A stretch of DNA of 32,518 nucleotides from Eubacteriales bacterium (GTDB taxonomy: Bacteria; Bacillota; Clostridia; Oscillospirales; CAG-272): contig JAZRFU010000013.1 of NCBI GenBank assembly GCA_045643865.1, forward strand, positions 1-32,518, written 5' to 3'. The position numbers were made by a program, and so were the translations under genes. Below, in pieces: positions 16,558 to 24,741 of this stretch (positions within the stretch are counted from its first letter, which is position 1; each line of letters starts with the position of its first letter). The notes under the pieces are model-generated. The model ran no database searches. It had not been told where the DNA came from and saw only the letters and a program-made list of their open reading frames with translations.

Positions 16558-18339
16558 TTATTTTCCGGTAGCTCCAAGAATAATTGCGTTAAAGCCCTCT
16601 GCTTCAAAGGGATTGGAAAGACCTACACGGTTAAGCATTTCTATGAAATCCTCTTCCATCTCAGCTTCCTCAACCTCAACTATTTCGCGGTAAATGGCTC
16701 TTGCGCCCTCATAGTCATTTTTAGCAATTGCATATATGTTGAGTGCTGCCATCTGGCTGGTCGCGTAGCTGATGTAATAGACGGGGGACTCAATAACAAC
16801 GTAACGCCAGTAGTCGTACATATTTGTTACGTTTTGATTTATGAAATCAATACCGCCATACTTTTCGCATACCTTATCCATGATTGCGTCAAAGTCTGCG
16901 GAGGTATATCCCTCAACGCTTTCCAGCGCGTAAACCTCTTGCTCGAATTCATCAATTATGGTGGCGATCATAACGGTGACAAGACCGTTATATATTGAAT
17001 AATCAAGCACTACCGAATATATATCCTTATCCATCTTGTCGGATATGTATTGAAGAAGAAGATATTCATTCGCCTGTGACTGTGTTTCTGCTATATCGTA
17101 GCTGCCGATGTCGGGATTGTGCAGAGAGGAATAATAGTGACCAAGCTCGTGAACCACCGTCATAGAGCTTTGACCGTCACTTCCAAACAGGCAGAAGGGA
17201 TGCTCCGGTTCTTCGAGATATACCTGGAATGCCGATTGATGTGAGTTTTTAGAGTTTGCAAAGATAATATTTTTGTTTGCAAATGCGTGGTTAAGTCCCT
17301 CACCCATGGTATCGTCACAGGATGCGATATAATCAAATACGTAATTCTTATCAAGCGTATCGAAGCCCTCATAGAGGAAATTGATAAGATTTCTTTGCTG
17401 TGTGCGGTTGAATTTCGAATATTTAACGTACCATTTGTTATAGAATCCGTTAATTCTGAGAGCTATCTTTTGCGCAACAAGCTCATGGAAGGCATCGAGA
17501 TCCTCTGCGGTGTAGTCACGTCCGTAAACGTTTTTGGCAGCATAGTCATAGTAGCTGTCGTAGCCGTTAAGCTCTGCGATCTTGTCGTTGTTAGCTACAA
17601 GCTGAGCGTAGAGAAGTGCAGTTTGGTCCTTAAATGCGCTTTGAGGCAGATCATTGTACTGTATGACTATATCATTGTTTGCATCACGGAGAGCAGATTC
17701 CTCATCCGAATAAGCCAACAGGTAGTCTATATCCTCTTGCGACCAGTCCTCAAATATGTAGTCCGCGATAGGAGATTCCTTATACATTTTGCGCATTGCC
17801 TCGATATATACGTCGTACAGATCGGTATATGCATCGTGAGCAAAGTCGTATTGCGCGGATGCGTCATCGTCGGACGTATCGCAGTAATATATTATGGTTG
17901 CGATGGTGGATTGAGTTGAGATATGATAATATGCCTCGTCAAATTTGTCGGAAAGCTCATCTATCTTTTCCTTGTCGCTTGCCATAGCGGCGTCGATGCA
18001 ATCGTTAAGGATTTGCTTTGCGTTATCAATATCTTCTTGAGTGAGGGAGTACTTTTGAAGTATGTCACTCTTCAAAATAGAGTACTCAAGACGCTTTTGG
18101 GTAAGCGAGTCAATTATCGGTTCGGTTGAGCCGGTGGTTGTTTCAGTCTCACTCTCGGATTCCGATGCGGATTCAGATTCAGATTCGGATTCCGTGGTTT
18201 CAAGCTCGGATTCGGTGTTGCTTTCGGTTGCAGAAATAGCAGTTTCTTCTGTGACAGAACTATTAAAACCAATGTCACACGAGCAGAAAAGCATCACAAG
18301 CGTAAGAAGCAACGCTAACAATCTGGTGATTTTTGTCAT
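16558..18339 (-). CDS. Exported, probably lipid-anchored M3-like zinc metallopeptidase (oligoendopeptidase-F-like)
   Basis: ATG at 18339, 7 nt after GGAGG (18351-18347). The track start 18357 is a TTG. The signal peptide MTKITRLLALLLTLVMLFCSC has a non-canonical lipobox. An acidic Ser/Glu/Thr tract follows. The HEXXH motif lies in MTVVHELGHYYSS. Confidence 0.65.
   Translation of the reverse strand: MTKITRLLALLLTLVMLFCSCDIGFNSSVTEETAISATESNTESELETTESESESESASESESETETTTGSTEPIIDSLTQKRLEYSILKSDILQKYSLTQEDIDNAKQILNDCIDAAMASDKEKIDELSDKFDEAYYHISTQSTIATIIYYCDTSDDDASAQYDFAHDAYTDLYDVYIEAMRKMYKESPIADYIFEDWSQEDIDYLLAYSDEESALRDANNDIVIQYNDLPQSAFKDQTALLYAQLVANNDKIAELNGYDSYYDYAAKNVYGRDYTAEDLDAFHELVAQKIALRINGFYNKWYVKYSKFNRTQQRNLINFLYEGFDTLDKNYVFDYIASCDDTMGEGLNHAFANKNIIFANSKNSHQSAFQVYLEEPEHPFCLFGSDGQSSMTVVHELGHYYSSLHNPDIGSYDIAETQSQANEYLLLQYISDKMDKDIYSVVLDYSIYNGLVTVMIATIIDEFEQEVYALESVEGYTSADFDAIMDKVCEKYGGIDFINQNVTNMYDYWRYVVIESPVYYISYATSQMAALNIYAIAKNDYEGARAIYREIVEVEEAEMEEDFIEMLNRVGLSNPFEAEGFNAIILGATGK
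18121..18234 (-). repeat. Coding low-complexity tract (degenerate GATTC/GGATTC repeats) encoding an acidic S/E/T linker
   Basis: Translates on the minus strand to SATESNTESELETTESESESESASESESETETTTGSTE, directly after the signal peptide of the peptidase. Confidence 0.8.
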
Positions 18340-18394
18340 AATATGACCTCCATTCAAAATAAGATTATCATATTTATACGTTCAGTATGCAATA

Positions 18395-18423
18395 ATTGTA
18401 CCACATGTTGCCAATATTGTCAA
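18395..18423 (-). promoter_or_regulatory. Sigma-A-type promoter for the peptidase gene
   Basis: On the minus strand: TTGACA (18423-18418), 17-bp spacer, TGgTACAAT (18403-18395). Confidence 0.55.
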
Positions 18424-18489
18424 TAAAAAAGCCATTTTTTACAACATTGGACATAAAATTAAAATATGTAAAAAAATATGCTAAAACTG

Positions 18490-18518
18490 TTGACAAATTG
18501 TATATTTTATGATATAAT
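18490..18518 (+). promoter_or_regulatory. Sigma-A-type promoter for rpsF-ssb-rpsR
   Basis: TTGACA (18490-18495), 17-bp spacer, TGaTATAAT (18510-18518). Confidence 0.7.
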
Positions 18519-18612
18519 CTTACGATGGTACGGCCTTTTGATGCTAAAGGTCGGCTCTCTACCGCAAAAACTCTTATTGCGGTCGATATAAAGTCCATAG
18601 GGAGGTATAAAA
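18519..18612 (+). promoter_or_regulatory. Structured 5' leader of rpsF operon (candidate S6:S18-binding leader)
   Basis: 94-nt leader. Hairpin CGGCCTTT (18531-18538) / AAAGGTCG (18546-18553) is extended by GGTA/TACC. A second hairpin is ACCGCAA (18561-18567) / TTGCGGT (18577-18583). Confidence 0.4.
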
Positions 18613-18984
18613 ATGGAAAACGTAATCAATTCTTATGAAACTCTGTTCATCACCGATGTATCTAACGGTGAGGAGGCTACCAAAGCAACGGTAGAAAAAT
18701 TCACGGGTTTGATCGCTTCCAACGGAGAAATTATCGAGGTGAATCAGTGGGGCAAGCGCCGTCTTGCATATCCCATCAATGATATGCCCGAGGGTTACTA
18801 CACCGTTGTAACGCACAAGTCCGCTCCTTCTTTCCTCGCAGAGCTTGACCGTCTTTTCAATATTGACGAGTCTATCATGCGTTCCATGACAGTTAAGCTC
18901 GATTTCGAGCCCGTTGCAACTGTTAAGGAAGAAGTTGTTGAAGCAGCTACCGAAGAAGTTACCGAAACACCCGACGCTGAATAA
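18613..18984 (+). CDS. rpsF: 30S ribosomal protein S6
   Basis: GGGAGG lies upstream. YETLFI, WGKRRLAYPI and an acidic C-terminal tail are canonical S6 features. Confidence 0.95.
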   Translation: MENVINSYETLFITDVSNGEEATKATVEKFTGLIASNGEIIEVNQWGKRRLAYPINDMPEGYYTVVTHKSAPSFLAELDRLFNIDESIMRSMTVKLDFEPVATVKEEVVEAATEEVTETPDAE

Positions 18985-19012
18985 TCCCAATCTTTAATTT
19001 AGGAGGACTATT

Positions 19013-19474
19013 ATGGCTAATTTCAATTTTAACAAGGTCATTCTTGGCGGCAGACTTACTGCAGATCCCGAGCTTAAGACAACTCAGAGTGGCATCGCTG
19101 TTGTTTCTTTCAGCATCGCGGTAAACCGCAGATATAATAAAAGCGCTGCTCAGCAGACCGAAACGGACTTTTTCAACGTAACAGCTTGGAGAACGACCGC
19201 TGAGTTCGTTTCCCGCTATTTCAGAAAAGGTTCTTCTATTTGTGTTGTAGGTACTATACAGAACAGCACTTGGACAGATCAGCAGAATGTAAAGCATTAC
19301 AGAACCGACATCGTTGCAGATGAGGTTATGTTTGTTGATAGCCGTTCCGAATCCGGCGCTTTTGGTGGCGACGATTCCGATGCATTTGGCAATTCTGCTC
19401 CCTCATTCTCCACACCTGTAGGCAATGCACCTAAGTTTGAGGAGATCAAAACCGACGACGATCTTCCTTTCTGA
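19013..19474 (+). CDS. ssb: Single-stranded DNA-binding protein
   Basis: AGGAGG lies upstream. OB-fold N-terminus NKVILGGRLTADPELKTTQSGIAVVSFSIAVNR, a Gly/Ser-rich linker and the acidic tip DDDLPF. Confidence 0.95.
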   Translation: MANFNFNKVILGGRLTADPELKTTQSGIAVVSFSIAVNRRYNKSAAQQTETDFFNVTAWRTTAEFVSRYFRKGSSICVVGTIQNSTWTDQQNVKHYRTDIVADEVMFVDSRSESGAFGGDDSDAFGNSAPSFSTPVGNAPKFEEIKTDDDLPF

Positions 19475-19519
19475 TAAAGGACAAGACGTCAACAAAATTT
19501 AATTGGAGGATTTCATAAG

Positions 19520-19768
19520 ATGACAGAGAATACTCGTCCTGCACGCCCTGCTATGCGTGCAAAGAGAAAAAAGGTATGTATATTCTGCGCAGATAAGGTT
19601 TCTTATATCGATTATAAGGATTCCGCAAAGCTCAGAAAGTTCATCAGCGAGCGTGGCAAAATTCTTCCCAGAAGAATTTCCGGCGCATGCGCAGTTCACC
19701 AGCGTGAGCTTAACACCGCTATCAAGCGTGCACGTCAGGTAGCATTGCTTCCTTACGTTACCGACTAA
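19520..19768 (+). CDS. rpsR: 30S ribosomal protein S18
   Basis: 82 aa. [39 protein letters not shown] is canonical S18. Confidence 0.95.
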   Translation: MTENTRPARPAMRAKRKKVCIFCADKVSYIDYKDSAKLRKFISERGKILPRRISGACAVHQRELNTAIKRARQVALLPYVTD

Positions 19769-19783
19769 TTTGCGGTCATAAAT

Positions 19784-19820
19784 AAAAGCCGACACTCCGT
19801 TGAGTGTCTGCTTTTATTTT
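19784..19820 (+). terminator. Intrinsic terminator after rpsR
   Basis: Stem AGC-c-GACACTC (19787-19797) / GAGTGTC-t-GCT (19802-19812), followed by TTTTATTTT. Confidence 0.7.
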
Positions 19821-19823
19821 ATA

Positions 19824-19852
19824 TTGACAGGTGCGTAACGTTATGATACAAT
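19824..19852 (+). promoter_or_regulatory. Sigma-A-type promoter for the 5'-3' exonuclease gene
   Basis: TTGACA (19824-19829), 17-bp spacer, TGaTACAAT (19844-19852). Confidence 0.6.
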
Positions 19853-19875
19853 TATTTTGTAAATGAGGTGAGCTT

Positions 19876-20718
19876 ATGAGTAAATTATTGATAGTTGACG
19901 GACACAATCTGCTTTTTCAGATGTTTTACGGTATGCCGTCAAGAATAATAAATTCAAAGGGAAGGGCAATTCAGGGAACGCTTGGATTTGTCGGGGCGCT
20001 TTTGAAAATAATAAGAATGACGTCGCCTACGCACGTTGTCATTTTGTTTGACGGGGAATGTGAGAATATAAGAGTCGGACTTGATGCCGATTATAAATCA
20101 AATCGCCCCGATTACAGTGAAATGGATTGGAATGACGTGCCGTTTTCGCAGCTGCCCGATATTTATGCCGCGCTCGATTATCTTGGTATCAAATATTGGG
20201 AAACGACGTGCTGTGAGAGTGATGACGTAATAGCGTCTTACGCGTTGCGATTCGGTGCAGAGCATCAAGTTGTAATATCATCATTTGACAGTGATTTTTT
20301 CCAGCTTATCAATGATAACGTATCCGTATTGAGATACCGCGGGGACAACACGGTTATGTGTGATAGGGAGTATATTCGTGAGAAATTTGGTATTGAAACG
20401 GAAATGTACGCGCACTTCAAATCGCTGACCGGCGATAGTGCTGACAATATTAAGGGGATAAATAAGATAGGACCTAAAACGGCGGCATGGCTTGTCAACG
20501 AGTATGGCACTGTTGATCAAATTATTGAAAATGCAGATAAAATAGAAAAAACATCAGTAAGACGGTCGGTATGCGACGGGACGGAAAGATTAAAGCTGAA
20601 TTATTCGCTTATAAAGTTAACTGACTCCGCTGATCTGCCATTTGAGATGAATGAGCTTGAATATCACCTTGGCAATGTGACAACCAACCAAATTCTTTTG
20701 GATATAGGCGTTAAATAA
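19876..20718 (+). CDS. Stand-alone 5'-3' exonuclease / flap endonuclease (Pol I N-terminal-domain homologue, YpcP/ExoIX-like)
   Basis: 280 aa. The PIN-like N-terminus LLIVDGHNLLFQMFYG is followed by an H3TH region (LTGDSADNIKGINKIGPKTAAWL). Confidence 0.8.
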   Translation: MSKLLIVDGHNLLFQMFYGMPSRIINSKGRAIQGTLGFVGALLKIIRMTSPTHVVILFDGECENIRVGLDADYKSNRPDYSEMDWNDVPFSQLPDIYAALDYLGIKYWETTCCESDDVIASYALRFGAEHQVVISSFDSDFFQLINDNVSVLRYRGDNTVMCDREYIREKFGIETEMYAHFKSLTGDSADNIKGINKIGPKTAAWLVNEYGTVDQIIENADKIEKTSVRRSVCDGTERLKLNYSLIKLTDSADLPFEMNELEYHLGNVTTNQILLDIGVK

Positions 20719-20741
20719 TTGATAAAAATGCAAAAAAACTA

Positions 20742-20770
20742 TGGACAAGATCAAAAAAATATGATATTAT
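20742..20770 (+). promoter_or_regulatory. Sigma-A-type promoter for rubrerythrin
   Basis: TGGACA (20742-20747), 17-bp spacer, TGaTATTAT (20762-20770). The hexamers are weaker than at the other promoters. Confidence 0.45.
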
Positions 20771-20824
20771 AGCCATAGAGGGCAGATTTTGCCTTTAATG
20801 AATGATTTATGGAGGACAAATACA

Positions 20825-21364
20825 ATGAGCAACAAATACGCAGGAACCCAAACAGAGAAGAATCTTGAAGCCGCTTTTGCAGGTGAATCTCAGGCAAGAA
20901 ATAAGTATACATACTTTGCATCTAAGGCAAAGAAAGAGGGATATGAGCAGATAGCTGCGCTTTTCCTCAAGACCGCTGACAACGAAAAGGAGCATGCAAA
21001 GCTCTGGTTTAAGGAGCTTAACGGTATCGGCGATACCGCCGAGAACCTTCTTCATGCCGCAGAGGGCGAGAACTACGAGTGGACTGATATGTACGACGGT
21101 TTTGCAAAGACTGCTGACGAGGAGGGCTTCCACGATCTCGCTATCAAATTCCGTCTTGTAGCAGCTATTGAAAGACATCACGAGGAAAGATACCGCGCGC
21201 TTCTCAACAACGTAGAGATGGCAGAGGTGTTTGCAAAGAGCGAGGTCAAGGTATGGGAATGCCGCAACTGCGGACATATCATAGTTGGAACGAAAGCTCC
21301 TGAAATGTGCCCCACCTGCGCACACCCCAAGGGCTACTTCGAGATCCACGCTGAAAATTACTAA
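20825..21364 (+). CDS. rbr: Rubrerythrin
   Basis: ATG at 20825, 9 nt after GGAGG (20811-20815). An N-terminal diiron ferritin-like domain ([28 protein letters not shown]) is followed by a C-terminal rubredoxin domain CRNCG...CPTC. Confidence 0.93.
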   Translation: MSNKYAGTQTEKNLEAAFAGESQARNKYTYFASKAKKEGYEQIAALFLKTADNEKEHAKLWFKELNGIGDTAENLLHAAEGENYEWTDMYDGFAKTADEEGFHDLAIKFRLVAAIERHHEERYRALLNNVEMAEVFAKSEVKVWECRNCGHIIVGTKAPEMCPTCAHPKGYFEIHAENY

Positions 21365-21373
21365 TAAAGCAAA

Positions 21374-21410
21374 GAGGGAAAGCCCATGGCTTTCCCTCAT
21401 ATTTTTATTT
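21374..21410. terminator. Bidirectional intrinsic terminator between rbr and the methyltransferase gene
   Basis: Stem GAGGGAAAGCC (21374-21384) / GGCTTTCCCTC (21388-21398), then ATATTTTTATTTTT. The T-run overlaps the last codons of the minus-strand gene. Confidence 0.75.
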
Positions 21411-22034
21411 TTGGTATATAAATTCCCACATATTCTTTGACTTGTTAAATCTTACGGTTTCTACCTCGCAAAGAACGGAGCAGGTCCAGCCCTTGAAAAA
21501 GCTGTCAAATTGAGCTTTGTCAAAAAGACGAACGTATCGTCCGCCGTCTTCAAGATAGAAATTCTCCTCAATGATGGTTGACTTATCGGCAATGTATTTA
21601 TATGCCTTGCTTGAATTGCACGAGCCGATAAAAATTCCATCGTCCTTGAGAATCCTGCGTATCTCAGCAATCAGATTTTGGGTGTCATTTTTGCCGAAAA
21701 AGTGTATTGAAAGATTCGCAAACACTACGTCAAATGATTTGTCGGCAAAGGGAAGTGGTTCGGTCATGTCAAGTCTAACCGTATCCGTCAAGGGCAATTT
21801 CTGCGAGAGATATTCAAGCGCACGCTCGGATATGTCCGCAGAGGTGACCTCAAAACCACGGTCTGCAAAATAAGCCGAATATTGACCGACTCCGCAGCCA
21901 AGGTCGAGCAGTTTTCCGCGATATTGACTTATAGTATCCCAATATTTTTCAACCCAGTTATCTTCAACGTTGTTCAGATCGTCGTCGCGCATATGGCGCA
22001 CCCAATATTTTTCATTCCAATAGCTTTTATCCAT
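21405..22034 (-). CDS. Class I SAM-dependent methyltransferase
   Basis: 209 aa. Motif I is LLDLGCGVGQYSAYFADRG, with post-I residue D in TSADIS and motif II FDVVFANLSIHF. It starts 15 nt after the stop of the upstream gene. Confidence 0.8.
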   Translation of the reverse strand: MDKSYWNEKYWVRHMRDDDLNNVEDNWVEKYWDTISQYRGKLLDLGCGVGQYSAYFADRGFEVTSADISERALEYLSQKLPLTDTVRLDMTEPLPFADKSFDVVFANLSIHFFGKNDTQNLIAEIRRILKDDGIFIGSCNSSKAYKYIADKSTIIEENFYLEDGGRYVRLFDKAQFDSFFKGWTCSVLCEVETVRFNKSKNMWEFIYQK

Positions 22035-22049
22035 CGTAAATTAAAACTC

Positions 22050-22757
22050 CTATACAAAAAATATACTTCCCACGTCATATAGCTCCTCGTCAGACAGGGA
22101 AACCGCGTGCTTTTTGTGCTTTTGGCAGAATGATTTTATAGCGTCTGCATCAGGGTGCAGATCAACATTTCCGCAAAAGAATACTTTGTCGGGGCAAGCT
22201 CCGCTTGCGCCGCCTATAAATCCGTAGTTCATTCCGTCAAGAGCGATATGTCCCTCGTGCACGAGCAGCACGTCAAGGCCTGTCGCGCGACATTCCTTGC
22301 AGATCACCTTGTCAGCGGTTATTATTGCATTGTCTGACACCGTGCACACGGAGCATTTCGTATATCCTTGCGGCACGTGGATTATTTCGTATCCGTGATC
22401 TGTGACGGCATCAAGAATAAGACGGGAAACGGTCTTTTTGTTACATATAAGCCGCTTGCCGACAAGACATGCGTTGAAAAGCACGTCAAGAGGGTATTCA
22501 GATCCCGTTGGCTCGCTCGAAAGACGAATGTCTGCATTGATATTTTGAGCGATACGATCGATAAGTATTTTGTTGGCTTTGTAATATTCCTTGTGACAGA
22601 AAATACTGTCAAAGCCGATGAATATCAGCATATCCGTGTGAGAGGATACTGATTTGTGGAGATAGTCGGCAGGGGGGAGAGTAATTACCTCAATTCCGTT
22701 ATTTTTTATTGCAGTAAGGCATGATGCGCCTATTCGACAGTCCGTTAAAGCTATCAT
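22050..22757 (-). CDS. Cys-rich conserved-hypothetical protein with repeated beta-alpha-beta modules reminiscent of the pentein (DDAH/amidinotransferase) fold
   Basis: 235 aa, with GGAG 5 nt upstream of the ATG. NGIEVITLPPADYL...SSHTDMLIF resembles the DDAH segment VDITLLPPDERFPDSVFVED as I recall it. Similar G-h-[DE]-h-h modules recur at HGYEIIHVPQGY and TGLDVLLVHEGH. There is also a GFIGGASGAC motif. The protein has 12 Cys. Confidence 0.3.
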   Translation of the reverse strand: MIALTDCRIGASCLTAIKNNGIEVITLPPADYLHKSVSSHTDMLIFIGFDSIFCHKEYYKANKILIDRIAQNINADIRLSSEPTGSEYPLDVLFNACLVGKRLICNKKTVSRLILDAVTDHGYEIIHVPQGYTKCSVCTVSDNAIITADKVICKECRATGLDVLLVHEGHIALDGMNYGFIGGASGACPDKVFFCGNVDLHPDADAIKSFCQKHKKHAVSLSDEELYDVGSIFFV

Positions 22758-22769
22758 AAAAACTCCAAA

Positions 22770-22806
22770 TAAAAATTTACAGGGCGCATAAAAATAATGC
22801 GCCCTA
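22770..22806 (-). terminator. Intrinsic terminator after rpmB
   Basis: On the minus strand: AGGGCGCA (22806-22799) / TGCGCCCT (22789-22782), followed by GTAAATTTTTATTT. Confidence 0.65.
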
Positions 22807-22839
22807 TCTGTGTAAATATGAACTGAAACCTAATAGAGA

Positions 22840-23025
22840 TTAAGCTCTGTTAACCTTGCCGGAACGAAGGCAACGAGAACAAACAGCAACAGTCTTAGGT
22901 GTACCGTCAACTACTGCTTTTACCTTACGAATATTGGGCTTCCAAGTTCTGTTTGTCTTACGGTTAGAGTGAGAAACGTTCTGACCGAAAACAACACCTT
23001 TTCCACAAACACTGCACTTTGCCAT
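22840..23025 (-). CDS. rpmB: 50S ribosomal protein L28
   Basis: ATG at 23025, 9 nt after GGAGG (23039-23035). MAKCSVCGKGVVFGQNVSHSNRKTNRTWKPNI is canonical L28. The track start lies 30 nt upstream, beyond the RBS. Confidence 0.93.
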   Translation of the reverse strand: MAKCSVCGKGVVFGQNVSHSNRKTNRTWKPNIRKVKAVVDGTPKTVAVCSRCLRSGKVNRA

Positions 23026-23096
23026 GATATGACACCTCCTTGCAAAACTTTGCATCTATCGTTATGATAATTTTATATACATTATGCAACTTGCCT

Positions 23097-23125
23097 ATTA
23101 TAACATACTTTTGACAAAATTGCAA
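23097..23125 (-). promoter_or_regulatory. Sigma-A-type promoter for rpmB
   Basis: On the minus strand: TTGCAA (23125-23120), 17-bp spacer, TATAAT (23102-23097). Confidence 0.55.
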
Positions 23126-23130
23126 TAGCT

Positions 23131-23162
23131 TTTCAAAAAAAATTTCAAAAAAATTCAAAAAA
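23131..23162. repeat. Three phased A-tracts (TTTC-A8, TTTC-A7, TTC-A6) upstream of the rpmB promoter
   Basis: A-runs at 23135-23142, 23147-23153 and 23157-23162. Their centres are about 11.5 and 9.5 bp apart, which is close to helical phasing. They sit 10-37 bp upstream of the -35. Confidence 0.7.
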
Positions 23163-23181
23163 CGGGGAAAGCAGATAGAAG

Positions 23182-24507
23182 TCAAGTGTCGAAGAATATT
23201 CCCTCGCAAAAATCGCAGCTATACGACGTGAGATGTACGTTTTTAACTATTCCGTGCAGTTTTTCATCGGTCTTGACTCTGACCTCTATAAAATCGGGGG
23301 TATGTCCGTATGCATATCCGCCGTTTGACGACTCAAACAGTACGCTGACGGTTTCTCCGTTTTCAACCTTCTGCGCCAGAATATCACGGCGCACCTCGGC
23401 GCTTATCTGGGAGATTATTCTCACGCGCTCGTGCTTTATTTGTTCAGGAATCTGATCGGGCATTTGCGCCGCCACCGTTCCTGCGCGTTTTGAATAGGGA
23501 AAGGCATGTACCATAAGGAATTTTGCTTGCTTTACAAATTCACAGCTGGCGCGGAAATCCTCCTCACTCTCGCCCGGGAATCCGACAATTATATCGGTTG
23601 TGAATTTTACGTTGTCCATAGCATCGCGCAGGCGTTGTATGCTCTGCATTGCCTGACGTGAATTGTATTTTCTTTTCATCAGCGCAAGCACGCGATCACT
23701 TCCGCTTTGCAGTGACAAATGAAAATGAGGAGCGATAGAGGAGAGCTTTGATATTTTGGACACAAATTCGGGCTTTATTACCGTAGGATCAAGAGAACCG
23801 AGTCGTACTCTGCCAATTCCGTCAATCTTGTCTATCTCGCAAAGCAGAGAAGCCAGATTTTCGCCCTCTGAAAGATCTGCACCGTAGGAGCCGGTTTCTA
23901 TACCCGTAAGCACAACCTCTTGGCAACCGCCCTCGACGAGTCCGCGCACCTCATTTATAACGTCATAGAACGGCTTTGAGCGTATAGGACCGCGTGACGC
24001 GGGAATGGTGCAATATGCGCATTTCGACTCGCAGCCGTCCTCAATTTTCACGTACGCACGTGTACGGTCAAATCGAGTTATACTCATCGGCTCAAAGTGA
24101 GATTTTTCAAGATTCGGAACATCTATCGTAGGTGTGGCATTTTTCTTTTTGCGTTCAAATAGCGCGTCAAGCTCATCGGCCACGCTCAATTTGTTGGAGC
24201 TTCCGCAAACGTAATCCACGCCCTCTATTGAGGCAACTGCATTGGGAGATATTTGCGAATAACAGCCCGTAACGAGAATATATGCATCGGGATTGCGCGA
24301 GATCATACGGCGTATTGCTTGACGCGCCTTACGGTCAGATTCGGCAGTTACCGTACAGGTATTGATAATATACGCAGAGCAGATCTGACTGTGAGAAGCG
24401 ATTTTATATCCGCGTCTTACAAGCTCCTCGGCGATTGCCTCGGATTCATACTGATTAACCTTACACCCAAGAGTCAGAATGCCCACGGTGACGTCGTTGT
24501 TCGGCAT
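23182..24507 (-). CDS. mtaB: tRNA (t6A37) methylthiotransferase MtaB (radical SAM, MiaB-like)
   Basis: 441 aa. An N-terminal UPF0004 domain (TLGCKVNQYESEAIAEEL) is followed by a radical-SAM cluster CAYCTIP and a C-terminal TRAM-like domain. Confidence 0.85.
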   Translation of the reverse strand: MPNNDVTVGILTLGCKVNQYESEAIAEELVRRGYKIASHSQICSAYIINTCTVTAESDRKARQAIRRMISRNPDAYILVTGCYSQISPNAVASIEGVDYVCGSSNKLSVADELDALFERKKKNATPTIDVPNLEKSHFEPMSITRFDRTRAYVKIEDGCESKCAYCTIPASRGPIRSKPFYDVINEVRGLVEGGCQEVVLTGIETGSYGADLSEGENLASLLCEIDKIDGIGRVRLGSLDPTVIKPEFVSKISKLSSIAPHFHLSLQSGSDRVLALMKRKYNSRQAMQSIQRLRDAMDNVKFTTDIIVGFPGESEEDFRASCEFVKQAKFLMVHAFPYSKRAGTVAAQMPDQIPEQIKHERVRIISQISAEVRRDILAQKVENGETVSVLFESSNGGYAYGHTPDFIEVRVKTDEKLHGIVKNVHLTSYSCDFCEGIFFDT

Positions 24508-24556
24508 GCTTTTATATCTCCTTTCCGCTTTTTTACGAAGAAAGCTCGCAAAGTAT

Positions 24557-24585
24557 ATTTTATCATCATTTTTCCGTTTTGTAAA
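24557..24585 (-). promoter_or_regulatory. Candidate sigma-A-type promoter for mtaB
   Basis: On the minus strand: TTTACA (24585-24580), 17-bp spacer, TGaTAAAAT (24565-24557). Confidence 0.4.
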
Positions 24586-24634
24586 TAGCGTTTATCAAAA
24601 ACTTTCATATCTTTCGGAAATTTGTAAAAAGGAC

Positions 24635-24663
24635 TTGAAAAAAAGTGGAAATTATATTATAAT
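24635..24663 (+). promoter_or_regulatory. Sigma-A-type promoter for upp
   Basis: TTGAAA (24635-24640), 17-bp spacer, TATAAT (24658-24663). Confidence 0.55.
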
Positions 24664-24741
24664 TATTTAAGATAAGCGTAAATTACGCAGTAAAGATTAA
24701 GAAAGGGTGCCTTACGTCGTACGATAAGGCAGGGAATTAAT

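Noticed and set aside
18121-18234. Tandem GATTC/GGATTC repeats that look like an array at the DNA level
   Set aside because: They lie in frame inside the peptidase CDS and encode a Ser/Glu/Thr linker. The units are 5-6 nt and degenerate, with no spacers, so this is not a CRISPR array or an intergenic VNTR.
20755-20780. PerR/Fur-like box overlapping the rubrerythrin -10 (ATATGATATTATAG)
   Set aside because: Only one half-site approaches the TTATAAT-N-ATTATAA consensus. The inverted repeat is 5 of 6 at best and is confounded by the AT-rich -10 itself.
24664-24741. Possible PyrR-type attenuator in the upp leader
   Set aside because: Two hairpins can be drawn: GCGTA-aat-TACGC, and TGCCTTACGT...ACGaTAAGGCA next to the RBS. 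There is no PyrR binding-loop consensus and no terminator U-run. Any regulatory role is unsupported.
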